From an uncultured Gemmatimonadales bacterium (GTDB lineage Bacteria; Gemmatimonadota; Gemmatimonadetes; Gemmatimonadales; GWC2-71-9): a stretch of DNA of 64,000 nt. The number at the start of each line of letters is the position of its first letter. Position 1 is the stretch's first letter. Made by a program: the position numbers and the translations under genes. The notes beneath the pieces are model-generated. The model did not search any database. It was not told where the DNA came from and worked only from the letters and a program-made list of their open reading frames with translations. The DNA is taken from positions 128,001 to 192,000 of the forward strand of contig CAWHFW010000005.1 in the NCBI GenBank assembly GCA_963828735.1, written 5' to 3'. Positions 15,219 through 25,242 of the stretch are shown here, in pieces.

Positions 15219-15632
15219 TCAGACCCGCCGTTTCTTCGGAGGACGGCACCCGTTGTGAGGAATCGGGGTGACGTCACGAATGGACACGACACGAAGCCCG
15301 ACCGAGGCCAGCGCCTGGATGGCGGACTCGCGGCCGCTGCCGGGACCCTGCACGCGCACGTGCACCCGCCGCAGCCCGAGGTTCATCGCCTCGCGGCCGC
15401 AGTTCTCGGCCGCCACGGTGGCGGCGAACGGGGTGGACTTCTTGGAGCCCTTGAAGCCGGCCTTGCCCGCCGATCCCCACGCGAGGGTATTGCCCTTCAT
15501 GTCGGTGATCGTGATGAGCAGATTGTTGAACGTCGCCGAGATGTGGGCCACGCCCTCGGACTCGACGACCTTCTTGCCGCGCTTCGCGCTCGGCGCCTTT
15601 GCAGGAGCGGGAGCGGGAGTCGGTGCAGTCAT
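15219..15632 (-). CDS. rpsK: 30S ribosomal protein S11
   Basis: [31 protein letters not shown]. Confidence 0.97.
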   Translation of the reverse strand: MTAPTPAPAPAKAPSAKRGKKVVESEGVAHISATFNNLLITITDMKGNTLAWGSAGKAGFKGSKKSTPFAATVAAENCGREAMNLGLRRVHVRVQGPGSGRESAIQALASVGLRVVSIRDVTPIPHNGCRPPKKRRV

Positions 15633-16012
15633 TACTTCTTGGTCACTTTCTTCTTGCCGGCGATGGCGCGCCGCGGACCCTTCTTGGTCCGGGCATTGGT
15701 GTGCGTCCGCTGGCCGCGGACCGGCAGGCCGCGCCGATGGCGGATGCCGCGATAGCTCCCGATATCCATCAGGCGCTTGATGTTCATGGCGACTTCGGTC
15801 CGGAGGGAACCCTCCACCTTGACCGAGCGCTCGATGACCTGCCGAAGGCGCGCGACCTCCGCGTCCGAGAGGTCCCGGACCCGGGTATCGGGGCTCACGC
15901 CCGTTTCGCCGAGGATGCGGCTGCTCGTGGGCTGGCCGATCCCGAAGATGTACGTGAGGGCGACTTCGACGCGCTTCTCGCGCGGAAGGTCAACGCCAGC
16001 GATACGCGCCAT
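15632..16012 (-). CDS. rpsM: 30S ribosomal protein S13
   Basis: [28 protein letters not shown]. Confidence 0.97.
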   Translation of the reverse strand: MARIAGVDLPREKRVEVALTYIFGIGQPTSSRILGETGVSPDTRVRDLSDAEVARLRQVIERSVKVEGSLRTEVAMNIKRLMDIGSYRGIRHRRGLPVRGQRTHTNARTKKGPRRAIAGKKKVTKK

Positions 16013-16014
16013 GA

Positions 16015-16131
16015 TCAGCCTTGCCGCTGCTTGTGCTTGGGATTGCGCTTGCAGATGATGCGAGTCACGCCCTGTCGCTTGACGACCTTGCAGTGCTCAC
16101 AAATCGGCTTCACGCTCGAACGAACCTTCAC
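16015..16131 (-). CDS. rpmJ: 50S ribosomal protein L36 (missing from ORF track)
   Basis: Hand translation from [41 protein letters not shown]. Confidence 0.97.
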   Translation of the reverse strand: MKVRSSVKPICEHCKVVKRQGVTRIICKRNPKHKQRQG

Positions 16132-16166
16132 ACGACTCTCCAGGGCCTGTTAGGGACTAGCTGTCC

Positions 16167-16195
16167 AATATATCGAGGGATGGAAAGTCATGCAA
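16167..16195 (-). promoter_or_regulatory. Sigma70-like promoter of the rpmJ-alpha operon
   Basis: TTGCAT-17 nt-TATATT on the minus strand, about 35 nt upstream of rpmJ. Confidence 0.65.
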
Positions 16196-16334
16196 GGAGG
16201 GGACTTCGCCTGCGACGCCCAGCCCGCCGTTCAGGTCGCCTCGACGGTAGCGAACGCGTTCCTCTTCCCACTATAAACTCCCAACAAACCCCGGTTCCCG
16301 GGTCACCCCAGGGCCGGCCCCCGGGGGCCTCCCG

Positions 16335-16754
16335 TCAACCGACTACGCGCAACTCCACCAGACTCCAACCGGTCGGCGTCTTCCGGTAGCCCAACAGGAG
16401 CCCCTGCACCCGAATCTCCTGCGTGCCGGCGATGCGATAGCTCCGCTGCAGCTCGACGTACCCCCGACCGGGCTCCGTTTCCCGCGCCGCCCGCACGACG
16501 GTTTCGACCTCCTGGGCCGACGAGAAGAAATCCGACAGCAGGGCCGCCGCCTGTTCCGGGCCGAGGGCGGCCGACGGGTCGGCCCCCGGAAGCTGGACGA
16601 GGAGACGGGGGCTGTCCGCTACCAAGGCGGCCGCGTTGTGGGCGAACCAGGCGCGTCGCGCCTGCTCGGCCGCCGCGTCCAGCCCGACGTCGGCCACCTG
16701 GGCGCTGGCCGTGAACGGGACGAGGAGGGCGATGACCGTCAGGAGCCGATACAC
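16335..16754 (-). CDS. Hypothetical exported protein
   Basis: GTG start with GGAGG RBS; signal peptide VYRLLTVIALLVPFTASAQ. Confidence 0.65.
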   Translation of the reverse strand: MYRLLTVIALLVPFTASAQVADVGLDAAAEQARRAWFAHNAAALVADSPRLLVQLPGADPSAALGPEQAAALLSDFFSSAQEVETVVRAARETEPGRGYVELQRSYRIAGTQEIRVQGLLLGYRKTPTGWSLVELRVVG

Positions 16755-17431
16755 TGGGCCTCCTCCTGAAACCCTCGAAATGCCGCGGACGGATCTCCCG
16801 CCTGGAGGATCGGGCGGCCTACCACGAGGTGGGTGGCCCCGGCGGCGACCGCGTCGCCTGCAGTCGCTACCCGGACCTGGTCGCCCCGCGCGTCGCGGGC
16901 TCCCCGGATCCCGGGAACCACGATGAGCGCCTCCGGTCCGACGGAGCGACGTACCATGGCCACCTCGTGCGGCGAGCAGACCACCCCGGCCAGGCCGGCA
17001 CGCACTGCTTCCCCACTCTGCCGCTCGACCTCGCGGGCGAGATCCACTTCGCGCCGCCCGACGGCGCGCGCGTACGCGGCAGGGTCGTGCGACGTGAGGA
17101 CCGTCACGCCAACCAGGCTCAGGCGCCCGCCGGCGGCGACCGCGGCCGCTTCCATCATCGCGGCGCCGCCGAGGGTGTGGACCGTGGCCATCGAGACCCC
17201 GAGGCCCCGGGCCGCCGACACCGCCTCCGCGACGGTGTTCGGAATGTCGTGCCATTTGAGGTCGAGGAACACCCGCAGCCCACGATCGGTCAGCACGCGA
17301 ACGAGGTCGGGGCCCTCACGGGTCATCAGGATCGATCCGACCTTGACCCAGCGCGCCTCCGGCAATCGGTCGAGGAGACGGATAGCCTCCGAGCCGCTCG
17401 GTAGATCCAGCGCGACGATCACTTCAGCCAT
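16739..17431 (-). CDS. pyrF: Orotidine 5'-phosphate decarboxylase
   Basis: IVALD, FLDLKWHDIPNTV, VTVLTS, VPGIR, DQVR, VVGRPI. Confidence 0.95.
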   Translation of the reverse strand: MAEVIVALDLPSGSEAIRLLDRLPEARWVKVGSILMTREGPDLVRVLTDRGLRVFLDLKWHDIPNTVAEAVSAARGLGVSMATVHTLGGAAMMEAAAVAAGGRLSLVGVTVLTSHDPAAYARAVGRREVDLAREVERQSGEAVRAGLAGVVCSPHEVAMVRRSVGPEALIVVPGIRGARDARGDQVRVATAGDAVAAGATHLVVGRPILQAGDPSAAFRGFQEEAQCIGS

Positions 17432-18308
17432 GCCCACGCTCCAGCTCCCGAATGATTCGTTCCGGCAGTCTTGGATCGGCGAGGGCGGCCGTGCCCACCC
17501 CCACCAGCGACGCCCCGACCCGAAGGTACTGCCGCACATCGTCCGCCGAGCGGACACCGCCGACCCCGATCACGGGCATCCCCTCCGTCCGTTCCACCAC
17601 CCTGGCCACCGCGAGAACTCCGATCGGCAGCAGGACCGGGCCACTCACCCCGCCGTTGCCGTTCCCAAGTCGGGACGCGGTGCCCTCCTCCGCAAAGAGG
17701 AGGCCGGGCACGGTATTCACGACGGAGATCGCATCGGCCCCGGCATCGCGAGCAACCAGGGCCATGGCCGGGATGTCGGGCAGGACAGGAGAGAGCTTGG
17801 CGGAAATGGCCAGCCGGGTGCGTGTCCGGCACGAGGCGACGATCCGGCGCACGCACTCGGGATCGGCCCCGAATTCGATCCCGCCCGCGCTCGTATTCGG
17901 GCAAGACAAATTGAGCTCGTAGCCCGCGATCCCGGCGACTCCGTCGAGTCCGGCCACGACCTCGGCGTACTCCTCGACCGTGAAGCCTACGACGTTGACG
18001 AGGACCTGGACGCGGCTCACGTGACGCGCGAGCCATGGGAGCAGCTCCGCGCGCACCCGCTCCAGCCCGGGGTTGGCCAGGCCGACCGAGTTGAGCATGC
18101 CGCCCCGAAACTCCGCCACGCGAGGGGGAGCGTTCCCCGCTCGCGGCGCCAGCGAGACGGCCTTGGTCACGAGCCCGCCGAGCCGATCCAGGTCCATGAC
18201 GCCGGCGAGCTCGCGGCCGAAGCCGGCCGTGCCGGCCGCGAGGACGAGCGGATTCTGAAAGTGACGACCGAGGATGGTTCGGGAGAGATCGCGCGAGGCG
18301 ACGGTCAC
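17424..18308 (-). CDS. pyrD: Dihydroorotate dehydrogenase, class 1B-type catalytic subunit
   Basis: MLNSVGLANPG, ELNLSCPN, AKLSP, GGVSGP. Confidence 0.9.
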   Translation of the reverse strand: MTVASRDLSRTILGRHFQNPLVLAAGTAGFGRELAGVMDLDRLGGLVTKAVSLAPRAGNAPPRVAEFRGGMLNSVGLANPGLERVRAELLPWLARHVSRVQVLVNVVGFTVEEYAEVVAGLDGVAGIAGYELNLSCPNTSAGGIEFGADPECVRRIVASCRTRTRLAISAKLSPVLPDIPAMALVARDAGADAISVVNTVPGLLFAEEGTASRLGNGNGGVSGPVLLPIGVLAVARVVERTEGMPVIGVGGVRSADDVRQYLRVGASLVGVGTAALADPRLPERIIRELERGHG

Positions 18309-19789
18309 GGCTCGAGGCCGTGACGCGGCGGCGGCGGGGTGCCTCCAGGCGATTCGACGCCGCGCCGCGGCTGCTGCCCGTTCGCCGGCGTAGGGACCCG
18401 CGCTCCGGGCGACGGGCGTGCCCGGACATCCGCCCCACCCCGACGCGGCACGATCACGGGCTGGGCCGCCGCGAAGGCTTCGAGCGAATCCTCGAGCACC
18501 CGGTAGGCCGGCGAGTCCTCGCCGCGAACCAGCGCCAGGTAGGGACTATCGCGATATAGGCTGTCGAGACGAAGGCGCGTTCCATCCGGATCCGACGGGT
18601 CGAGCAGCTCGGCCGCCAGGAGCGCCTTGGGCGCGTAGGGCGACGCGGGCCATTCGTCGCCAAGGCGGCGGAAAAGCGTCGCCGAGAGCGCGCGGGCGTG
18701 GAGCGTATCCCGCGCGGCCTCGGCGCCGAGAAAGAGACGAAGGTCTCCGAGCGGCACCTCCGGCACAGCCGAGTCGTTCAGCTGGCGGAGCTGCGCCACC
18801 ATCGCCGCCAGCGCGGACGCTTCCAGCCCCGCGTTGGTGGGATGCGCGGCCAGGGCCACAAGGGAATCCCCGACCGGCGCAAGCTCCTCGAGGCTGCGCG
18901 CCCCGCTCAGCGAGGTACGCAGCAGGCGGAGCCGCGCGCGATCGCTGCCGTCGGTTGATCCCGGAATCCGCGCCGCCTGCTGCAGGCGGGCCAGTGCCGC
19001 CGCAGAATCCACCCCTATCAGACGCACGCCATCGTCGTACAACCGACGCGCCCGCAGCTCGGCCGGCGTGTGGGGATCGCCGTCAAGGCGGGTCACGATC
19101 GCGGACGCGGCCCGCGGATCCCGCCCTCCGATCGTCGCGACGACGCTGTCCCACACGAAGCTGGAATCGTTGCGCGCGAGCATCGAGTCGGCGAACGCGA
19201 GCGCCTCGTCCGTCCGACCGCTTGCCGCGAGCGAGACCAGCAGGTCCTCTCGTGCGCGCGCATCGGGGTTCTCGCGCAGAAGGGTCAGTGCCTCCTCGTA
19301 TGCGCCCGTCATCCGCAGGGCGCGGGCGTGGCGAAGGCGCGCCTCATGGCGGCGGGCCGAATCCGCGCTGTTGAGCACGCGCGCGAATGCGAGATCGGCG
19401 AGCGCGGGGTCCCCGAGCTGCAGCTGGCAGCGGCCGAGTGCCATGGCGGACTCTTCCGCGAGATCGGTGGGCAGGTCCGCCATGCTCAGTCGGCCGAGCG
19501 AACCGACCGCTTCCTGGCACTGGTTGAGCCGCGCGAGCGCGAGCCCGCGCAGGACCGTCGCCTGATCGGCGTACTTGCTGGTGGGATGCCGAAGCACCAG
19601 CGAGTCTGCCCGGGTGATGACCTGACCCCACAGGCTCTGCGCCTCGAACTGCCGCCCGTCGCGCTCGGCCTTCCGGGCCGATTTGGCGAGACGGTTCGTG
19701 TTGTACATCCCGTTGTAGTAGACGCAGCCGCCGAGCAGCAGGACGCCCGCGATGAGCGAGAGGCGCGCGGCGCGACCGGGGCGGCTCAC
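18305..19789 (-). CDS. Hypothetical TPR-like lipoprotein
   Basis: Lipobox LGGC then VYYNGMYN; helical repeats; coupled to neighbours by 4-nt overlaps. Confidence 0.7.
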   Translation of the reverse strand: MSRPGRAARLSLIAGVLLLGGCVYYNGMYNTNRLAKSARKAERDGRQFEAQSLWGQVITRADSLVLRHPTSKYADQATVLRGLALARLNQCQEAVGSLGRLSMADLPTDLAEESAMALGRCQLQLGDPALADLAFARVLNSADSARRHEARLRHARALRMTGAYEEALTLLRENPDARAREDLLVSLAASGRTDEALAFADSMLARNDSSFVWDSVVATIGGRDPRAASAIVTRLDGDPHTPAELRARRLYDDGVRLIGVDSAAALARLQQAARIPGSTDGSDRARLRLLRTSLSGARSLEELAPVGDSLVALAAHPTNAGLEASALAAMVAQLRQLNDSAVPEVPLGDLRLFLGAEAARDTLHARALSATLFRRLGDEWPASPYAPKALLAAELLDPSDPDGTRLRLDSLYRDSPYLALVRGEDSPAYRVLEDSLEAFAAAQPVIVPRRGGADVRARPSPGARVPTPANGQQPRRGVESPGGTPPPPRHGLEP

Positions 19790-20994
19790 CGCGCGGCCCC
19801 CGAGTCGGGCGACGTGCCGGTCTTCCGCTCGTACTCGAGCAGATATTCGACGATAGCGTCGGCGATCGAGGAAGCCATGGCCTTCTGGCTGCTCCGGGCG
19901 GTGAGAAACTGGCCGTCCTGCGGATTCGTGCTGTAGCCGAGCTCGACCAGGATGGCTGGGCGGCGCGCGGTGGTGAGCACCATGAAGCCCGCCTGTTTGA
20001 CGCCGCGGCTCTCGCCGGTGTGCACAGTCGCGAGGTCGCGCTGGACCAGCTCGGCCAGCCGGGCCGACTCGCGCAGGTGCTCGTTCAGCTGCAGGTCCTT
20101 GAGGATAAAGTCGAGGCCGCCCACGGTGCCGGCGGTGCCCTGGTCGGTCTCGAAGCGGACCGCGTCATTTTCCATCTGCGCGACGCGCGCCGCGTCCTCG
20201 GTCCGCGCCTCGGCCAGGAAGAAGGTCTCGAATCCGCGGACGTCGGTATAGCCCCGTCGCCGGGCCAGCGAGTTGATGTGGAGGCTCACGAAGAGATCGC
20301 ACGCCTCGGTACAGAATCCGCCGCGGTCGCCGAGCGCGATGAGCGTGTCGGTGGTGCGCGTCATCCGGACGCCGATCCCCCGCCGCTTGAGCTCGTCCCG
20401 CAGCCGAAGGCCCACCTGCAGGGTGACATCCTTTTCCCGGACCCCGCGCGGAAAGAAGGTGCCCGGATTGCCGGGATCCACGCCGCCGTGGCCGGGATCG
20501 ACGGCGACGACGTGACCCGGCCGGAGCCCGTTGGGCAGGCGCGCCGCGCCACCGGCCGCCCGACCCGCCAGCGTCGTCGTCCGACGGCGAAGCTCCTCGA
20601 GTCGCGCGCGTCGGCCGTCCCAGCGGTACTGGTCCGCCAGGTAGTACGGAAGGATCTCGGCCAGGAACTGATACGGGAGGAAGAGCGAGTCGCCCGAGAG
20701 GGATGCCGCGCCGGCGAGAGGCCTGAGCTGACTGCTGAACTGGAACAGGGGCGCCCCGAGGAGGAACCGGAACGGCTGTCGAGCAACCACCACGTCGGCC
20801 CACCCGGAATCGACGTGCAGCTCCCCGCCGAGTGCCGTGAGCAGCGGCGCGGCCGGAACGACGGGCGACCCGGCCGGGTCGAGCCGGACCGGGATCCGGG
20901 CCTCACCGTGGAGCGTGGCCACGGTGACTTCCTGCGGGAGCGCCCCGCGCGGCCCGCCGATCAGCACGCCCGCCAGAACGAGCGCTGCGATCAC
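19786..20994 (-). CDS. N-acetylmuramoyl-L-alanine amidase (Amidase_3)
   Basis: [29 protein letters not shown]. Confidence 0.92.
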   Translation of the reverse strand: MIAALVLAGVLIGGPRGALPQEVTVATLHGEARIPVRLDPAGSPVVPAAPLLTALGGELHVDSGWADVVVARQPFRFLLGAPLFQFSSQLRPLAGAASLSGDSLFLPYQFLAEILPYYLADQYRWDGRRARLEELRRRTTTLAGRAAGGAARLPNGLRPGHVVAVDPGHGGVDPGNPGTFFPRGVREKDVTLQVGLRLRDELKRRGIGVRMTRTTDTLIALGDRGGFCTEACDLFVSLHINSLARRRGYTDVRGFETFFLAEARTEDAARVAQMENDAVRFETDQGTAGTVGGLDFILKDLQLNEHLRESARLAELVQRDLATVHTGESRGVKQAGFMVLTTARRPAILVELGYSTNPQDGQFLTARSSQKAMASSIADAIVEYLLEYERKTGTSPDSGAAR

Positions 20995-21476
20995 CGGCGT
21001 CCTCGGACGGAGACGGCGCGGGCCGTCTCGCGCTCGATCGCGCGCCGCTTGAGGTCCTCGCGTTTGTCGTACTGCTTCTTGCCGCGACCCAACGCCAGCG
21101 CCACCTTGGCGCGTCCGTTCCGGAAGTAGAGCTCCAGGGGCACCAGGGTCAGCCCCTTCTGCTCGACCGAGCCGATCAGCTTCTCGATCTCTTTTCGGTG
21201 GAGGAGCAGCTTTCGTGTCCGGACGGGGTCATGGTTGTAGCGGTTGCCTTGCTCGTAGGGCGTGATGTTCATACCGTCGAGGAAGACCTCGCCGTTTCGG
21301 AGCCTGGCATACGCCTCCTTGATGGAGGCCTTTCCGCTCCGGAGCGACTTGACCTCGGTGCCAGTCAACACGATGCCGCATTCCCAGGTCTCGAGAATGT
21401 GGTAGTCGTGAGTCGCCTTGGGATTGCGGGCGACGCTCTGTTTACGCTCGGCTGGCGGGGAAGAATCGCGGGTCAC
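20991..21476 (-). CDS. smpB: SsrA-binding protein
   Basis: [34 protein letters not shown] start after AGGA. Confidence 0.95.
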   Translation of the reverse strand: MTRDSSPPAERKQSVARNPKATHDYHILETWECGIVLTGTEVKSLRSGKASIKEAYARLRNGEVFLDGMNITPYEQGNRYNHDPVRTRKLLLHRKEIEKLIGSVEQKGLTLVPLELYFRNGRAKVALALGRGKKQYDKREDLKRRAIERETARAVSVRGRR

Positions 21477-21494
21477 GTCGTCATTCCTAAGCAA

Positions 21495-21523
21495 ATGATA
21501 GGCCACCACTTCGGGGGGGTCAA
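21495..21523 (-). promoter_or_regulatory. Sigma70-like promoter for the smpB operon
   Basis: TTGACC-17 nt-TATCAT. Confidence 0.7.
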
Positions 21524-21637
21524 CCCGACGACAATCCGGGCTGTCGACGTGGCCGTGCCGGTCGACGTGGGGCCGCGAGAGCATGTTCGCTCGGGAGACG
21601 GGCGGGAGACCTCGGCAGGACAACGGGCCTGCGGGCG

Positions 21638-21666
21638 TTGATTCCACCCTCCCGGCGCGCTAGCTT
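21638..21666 (+). promoter_or_regulatory. Sigma70-like promoter for tRNA-Leu
   Basis: TTGATT-17 nt-TAGCTT, 9 nt upstream of the tRNA. Confidence 0.65.
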
Positions 21667-21675
21667 TGCGCCCTC

Positions 21676-21759
21676 GCCGAAGTGGTGGAACTGGTAGACG
21701 CGCTGCGTTCAGGGCGCAGTGGGCGCAAGCCCGTGCGGGTTCGAGTCCCGCCTTCGGCA
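21676..21759 (+). tRNA. tRNA-Leu(CAG)
   Basis: Acceptor GCCGAAG/CTTCGGC+A, D-loop GGTAGAC, anticodon arm CTGCG-TTCAGGG-CGCAG, long variable arm, GGTTCGAGTCC; CCA not encoded. Confidence 0.95.
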
Positions 21760-21921
21760 CTACTCGCCTACGGCAGTACTCTTCGGCACGGCTCAAGGAC
21801 AGTCCGCCGTTGGACGGTCGGAACATACGAACGGGCGGAGAGGAAATCCCTCTCCGCCCGTTGCAGTTCACCCCTTTTGTCAGCGCCCGGAGAACCACCC
21901 CCTACGAACTCCGATCGCGGC

Positions 21922-23355
21922 TCAATACCGTACCATTCCCGGTTCCACCCGCTCCGCCCACGCGTCGATTCCTCCAGCCAGACTGCGAACCTTGCCGAAC
22001 CCCGCACCCTTGAGGATCTCGAGCGCCTTGAGGCTTCGCGCGCCGTGATGGCACTGGGTAACGATCTCCGCGTGGCCGTCGAGCTCGTTGAGACGGTCGG
22101 GCAGCTGGCTCAGCGGGATGAGCCTGGCGCCCTCGATGTGGACGATCTCCCACTCGTGGGGCTCGCGCACGTCCACGAGAATTAGCGCGTCGCCCTTGGC
22201 CTCGCGTTCGCGCCGGAATTCGTCCACGTCGATCTCGAGCCCCTCGTAATCGGGTTCCGCCCCGATGCCGCAGAAGGCCTGGTAATCGATCAGCTCGTGG
22301 ATCGTCGGGCGGTCCCCGCAGATCGGGCAGCTCGGGTCCTTCCGCAGCTTGAGCTCGCGGAACCGCAGCTTGAGCGCATCGAACAGCACGAGGCGGCCGA
22401 CGAGCGAGTCTCCCGCGCCGATGATCCACTTGATCGTCTCGAGGGCCTGGAGGCTGCCGATGATCCCGGGCAGGACGCCGAGGACACCGCCCTCGGCGCA
22501 GCTCGGCACCAGTCCCGGAGGCGGCGGCTCGGAGTAGAGGCATCGATAGCACGGCCCTTCCTTGGCGTAGAACACCGACGCCTGGCCCTCGAAGCGGAAA
22601 ATGCTGCCGTAGACGTTCGGCTTGCCGAGCAGCACGCAGGCATCGTTCACGAGGTAGCGGGTCGGGAAATTGTCCGTGCCATCGACGACGATGTCGTACT
22701 CCCTGATGATGTCGAGCGCGTTCTCCGAGGTGAGCCGCGCCTCGTGGCCGATGACATTGACGTTGGGGTTGAGATCGGTGAGTCTCGCCTTGGCCGATTC
22801 GAGCTTGGAATGGCCGAGGGTGCCGGTCCCGTGGACGATCTGGCGCTGGAGGTTGGTGAGATCGACCACGTCGAAGTCCACGATCCCGATGGTCCCTACG
22901 CCCGCCGCCGCCAGGTAGAGCGACAGCGGCGAGCCCAGCCCGCCGGCGCCGATCGTGAGGACCCGCGCGGCCTTGAGCTTCCGCTGCCCATCGACGCCCA
23001 CCTCGGGCAGGAGCAGGTGCCGTGAATACCGCAACACCTCCGCGTGGCTCAGCTTGGGAAGCGCGGTCTCGGTGGCGGGACTTCCGCCCGCGATGCTGGG
23101 CACGATCGTGAGCACGTCTCCCGAGGCCACCCGCGTGGCGACGGACTCGAGCTGCCGAATGTCCGTGTCGTTGAGGTAGAGATTCACGAAGGTGCGGAGG
23201 CGCCCATCGTCCTGGACGAGGTGGCGCTTGAGCCCCGTGTGCGCGGCGAGCAGTTCGTCGAGCACTTCGCCGACGGTGGCCCCGGAAACGTCGACCGCAT
23301 CGCGGCCGCCGGTGAAGTTGCGGAGCGGGGTCGGAATGGCAACGGTCACGGACAT
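21922..23355 (-). CDS. Fusion of ThiS/MoaD-like sulfur carrier, MoeB/ThiF adenylyltransferase and rhodanese (MoeZ-like)
   Basis: N-terminal IPTPLR..FVNLYLN..IVPSIAGG; then RYSRH, GAGGLG, DLTNLQRQ, CYRC, PSCAEGGVLG, CPIC; C-terminal DVREPHE..CHHGARS; alternative GTG start at 23361. Confidence 0.92.
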   Translation of the reverse strand: MSVTVAIPTPLRNFTGGRDAVDVSGATVGEVLDELLAAHTGLKRHLVQDDGRLRTFVNLYLNDTDIRQLESVATRVASGDVLTIVPSIAGGSPATETALPKLSHAEVLRYSRHLLLPEVGVDGQRKLKAARVLTIGAGGLGSPLSLYLAAAGVGTIGIVDFDVVDLTNLQRQIVHGTGTLGHSKLESAKARLTDLNPNVNVIGHEARLTSENALDIIREYDIVVDGTDNFPTRYLVNDACVLLGKPNVYGSIFRFEGQASVFYAKEGPCYRCLYSEPPPPGLVPSCAEGGVLGVLPGIIGSLQALETIKWIIGAGDSLVGRLVLFDALKLRFRELKLRKDPSCPICGDRPTIHELIDYQAFCGIGAEPDYEGLEIDVDEFRREREAKGDALILVDVREPHEWEIVHIEGARLIPLSQLPDRLNELDGHAEIVTQCHHGARSLKALEILKGAGFGKVRSLAGGIDAWAERVEPGMVRY

Positions 23356-23357
23356 CG

Positions 23358-23786
23358 TCACACCTCGCTGAAAACGTCGAGCGGTTCGGGCAGCATGTGA
23401 GGGCGGTCGTCGTCGAGCACCCAGCTCGCCAGGTCGCGGCCGTGTCCCCGGTCGATCCGCACGATCACATAACTGTACCACGGCCACGCGTGGTCCGCAT
23501 CGAATGCCGACGGCGCGGCCGGGTGGTCGGGGTGGGAATGGTAGTACCCGACGATCTCGAGGCCGAGCGAGCGCGTCTCGAGCTCGAGGCGGCGGAGGTC
23601 GTCGGGGGCGATGAGATACCGGTGCGGGTCATCCGTCCGCCGGTTCACGGCCGGCACGACACGAACCACGTCCTTCGCCCCGCCGTCCACCCTCCCCACG
23701 AGGGCGCCACAGCATTCCGCAGGATAGGCCGCCTCCCCGTGACGCCGGATCTCGTCCGCGAGCGTGCCGGGCAATCGGAGGCTCAC
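23358..23786 (-). CDS. JAB/MPN+ (M67, Mec-like) metallopeptidase
   Basis: YPAECCG and the JAMM motif YHSHPDHPAAPSAFD. Confidence 0.92.
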   Translation of the reverse strand: MSLRLPGTLADEIRRHGEAAYPAECCGALVGRVDGGAKDVVRVVPAVNRRTDDPHRYLIAPDDLRRLELETRSLGLEIVGYYHSHPDHPAAPSAFDADHAWPWYSYVIVRIDRGHGRDLASWVLDDDRPHMLPEPLDVFSEV

Positions 23787-24709
23787 GGTCCCATCCAGCG
23801 ATGCGGCTCGCTCAGGTAGCGGGCCCCGGTATCGCAGCCGACAGCGACCACACACGCGTCCGGATTCTTCCGCGCGAGGTCGATCGCCACCGAGACGGCA
23901 GCGCCCGCGGACCATCCGACCAAAAGTCCCGTGGCCCGGGCAAGCCACCGGGCGCTCCCGTCGGCCACCTCCGTCGGGACCTCGGCTACGAGGTCGGGAA
24001 CCCGCGGATCGTACAGCGCCGGCGGCTCCGTCGTCGTGGCGAGATGCTTGAGCCCCTCGAGACCGTGGTACGGCGAGTCAGGCTGGACGCCGACGAGGGT
24101 GACCGACGGATTGCGCTCCTTGAGGTAACCACCGGTGCCCATCATGGTGCCGGTGGTGCCCATCGCGGCCACGAAGTGCGTGATCCGGCCATTGGTTTGC
24201 GACCAGAGCTCGGGTCCGGTCGACTCCCGATGCGCCCGCGGGTTCGCCGGGTTGCTGTACTGGTCGGCGTAGAAGTATCGGTCCGGGTCGGCCGCCACCA
24301 TCTCGCGCGCGCGTCGCACCGCCCCCTCGGTGCCTTCCATCCGGTCGGTGGTCACGACCTCGGCCCCGTATACCTCGAGTAACGCCCGACGTTCGGGGCT
24401 CGCATTGGCGGGCAGGCATATGGTCACGCCGACGCCGGCCGACGCACCGAGCATCGCGTAGGCGATCCCGGTGTTGCCGCTCGACGCATCGAGCAGGCGG
24501 CGCCCCGGCAGGAGTCCTCGCCGCAGACCATCACGGAGGATCGCTCGCGCGGCGCGATCCTTCACGCTGCCGCCGGGGTTGAGCCATTCCGCCTTGAGCC
24601 AGAAGTGCCCGCCACCGTCCGGCAGCGACACCGGCAGGAGCGGTGTATTGCCCACGGCCTGCCAGAGTGCCGGCTCTCCGATCCCGACGCGCTCCTCGAC
24701 TGCAATCAT
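23783..24709 (-). CDS. cysM: PLP-dependent cysteine synthase (CysM-like)
   Basis: VGNTPL, NPGGSVKDR, SSGNTG, QYSNPAN, MGTTGT. Confidence 0.85.
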   Translation of the reverse strand: MIAVEERVGIGEPALWQAVGNTPLLPVSLPDGGGHFWLKAEWLNPGGSVKDRAARAILRDGLRRGLLPGRRLLDASSGNTGIAYAMLGASAGVGVTICLPANASPERRALLEVYGAEVVTTDRMEGTEGAVRRAREMVAADPDRYFYADQYSNPANPRAHRESTGPELWSQTNGRITHFVAAMGTTGTMMGTGGYLKERNPSVTLVGVQPDSPYHGLEGLKHLATTTEPPALYDPRVPDLVAEVPTEVADGSARWLARATGLLVGWSAGAAVSVAIDLARKNPDACVVAVGCDTGARYLSEPHRWMGP

Positions 24710-24721
24710 CCCGTGTCTCCA

Positions 24722-24752
24722 AATGAAAAAACCCGACCGGAGGGGTCGGGTT
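24722..24752 (-). terminator. Intrinsic terminator-like hairpin between rrf2 and cysM
   Basis: Minus strand aacccgacc-cctcc-ggtcgggtt followed by ttttcattt. Confidence 0.65.
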
Positions 24753-24776
24753 CCAAGCGACGACCAGAGGGCGACG

Positions 24777-25235
24777 CTAGCTCGCGGACGAGATCCCGAC
24801 CAACTCCACGACTTGCGGCTCCTGCTTCATCAGATCGGCGAGGGAAATGCTCGCCAGCAGCTCGTCTACGCGCTGCTGCAACGCGTGCCAGACGGGCCGG
24901 ATGCTGCAGGTGGAGTCGGGGCTACATCGCGCCGCGTCCACGGGATGGGTCTCGCAGTTCACCTCGAACGTCTGGTGCTCGGAGGCCGTCATGACGTCCC
25001 GCACCGAGATGGTGGTGGGTTCCTTCGCGAGCAGGTAGCCGCCCTTCGCGCCCCGCACGCTTTCCACCAGGCCGGCGCGTCGGAGACGCAGGAGGATCTG
25101 CTCGACATAGTCGGCGGGGAGCCGTTCGGCGTCGGCGAGCTCGCGCGCGGCCACGGGGCCGCCGCCGGTCCGGCTGCGGCGGGCCAGATGGATGGAGATG
25201 ATCAGGCTGTACTCGGTCCAGGTGGTGACCCGCAT
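24777..25235 (-). CDS. Rrf2-family transcriptional regulator (IscR/CymR-like)
   Basis: EQILLRLRRAGLVESVRGAKGGYLL; three Cys (C..C..C) before IRPVW. Confidence 0.92.
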   Translation of the reverse strand: MRVTTWTEYSLIISIHLARRSRTGGGPVAARELADAERLPADYVEQILLRLRRAGLVESVRGAKGGYLLAKEPTTISVRDVMTASEHQTFEVNCETHPVDAARCSPDSTCSIRPVWHALQQRVDELLASISLADLMKQEPQVVELVGISSAS

Positions 25236-25242
25236 GGAACTG

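Noticed and set aside
17424..18308. Class 1B-type pyrD without an adjacent pyrK
   Set aside because: pyrK may be elsewhere in the genome; cannot be judged from this window.
21543..21572. gtcgacgtgg repeated twice between the smpB and tRNA promoters; possible tmRNA or operator
   Set aside because: Too short, no tmRNA ends or tag frame visible, and two GC-rich 10-mers could be chance.
21676..21920. tRNA-Leu as an integration site for an island
   Set aside because: No integrase, no duplicated tRNA 3' end that I could find, and no obvious composition change.
21922..23786. Ubl/E1/JAB genes as an anti-phage conjugation system (CBASS or Bil type)
   Set aside because: No E2 domain; the rhodanese fusion, cysM and Rrf2 point to sulfur transfer.
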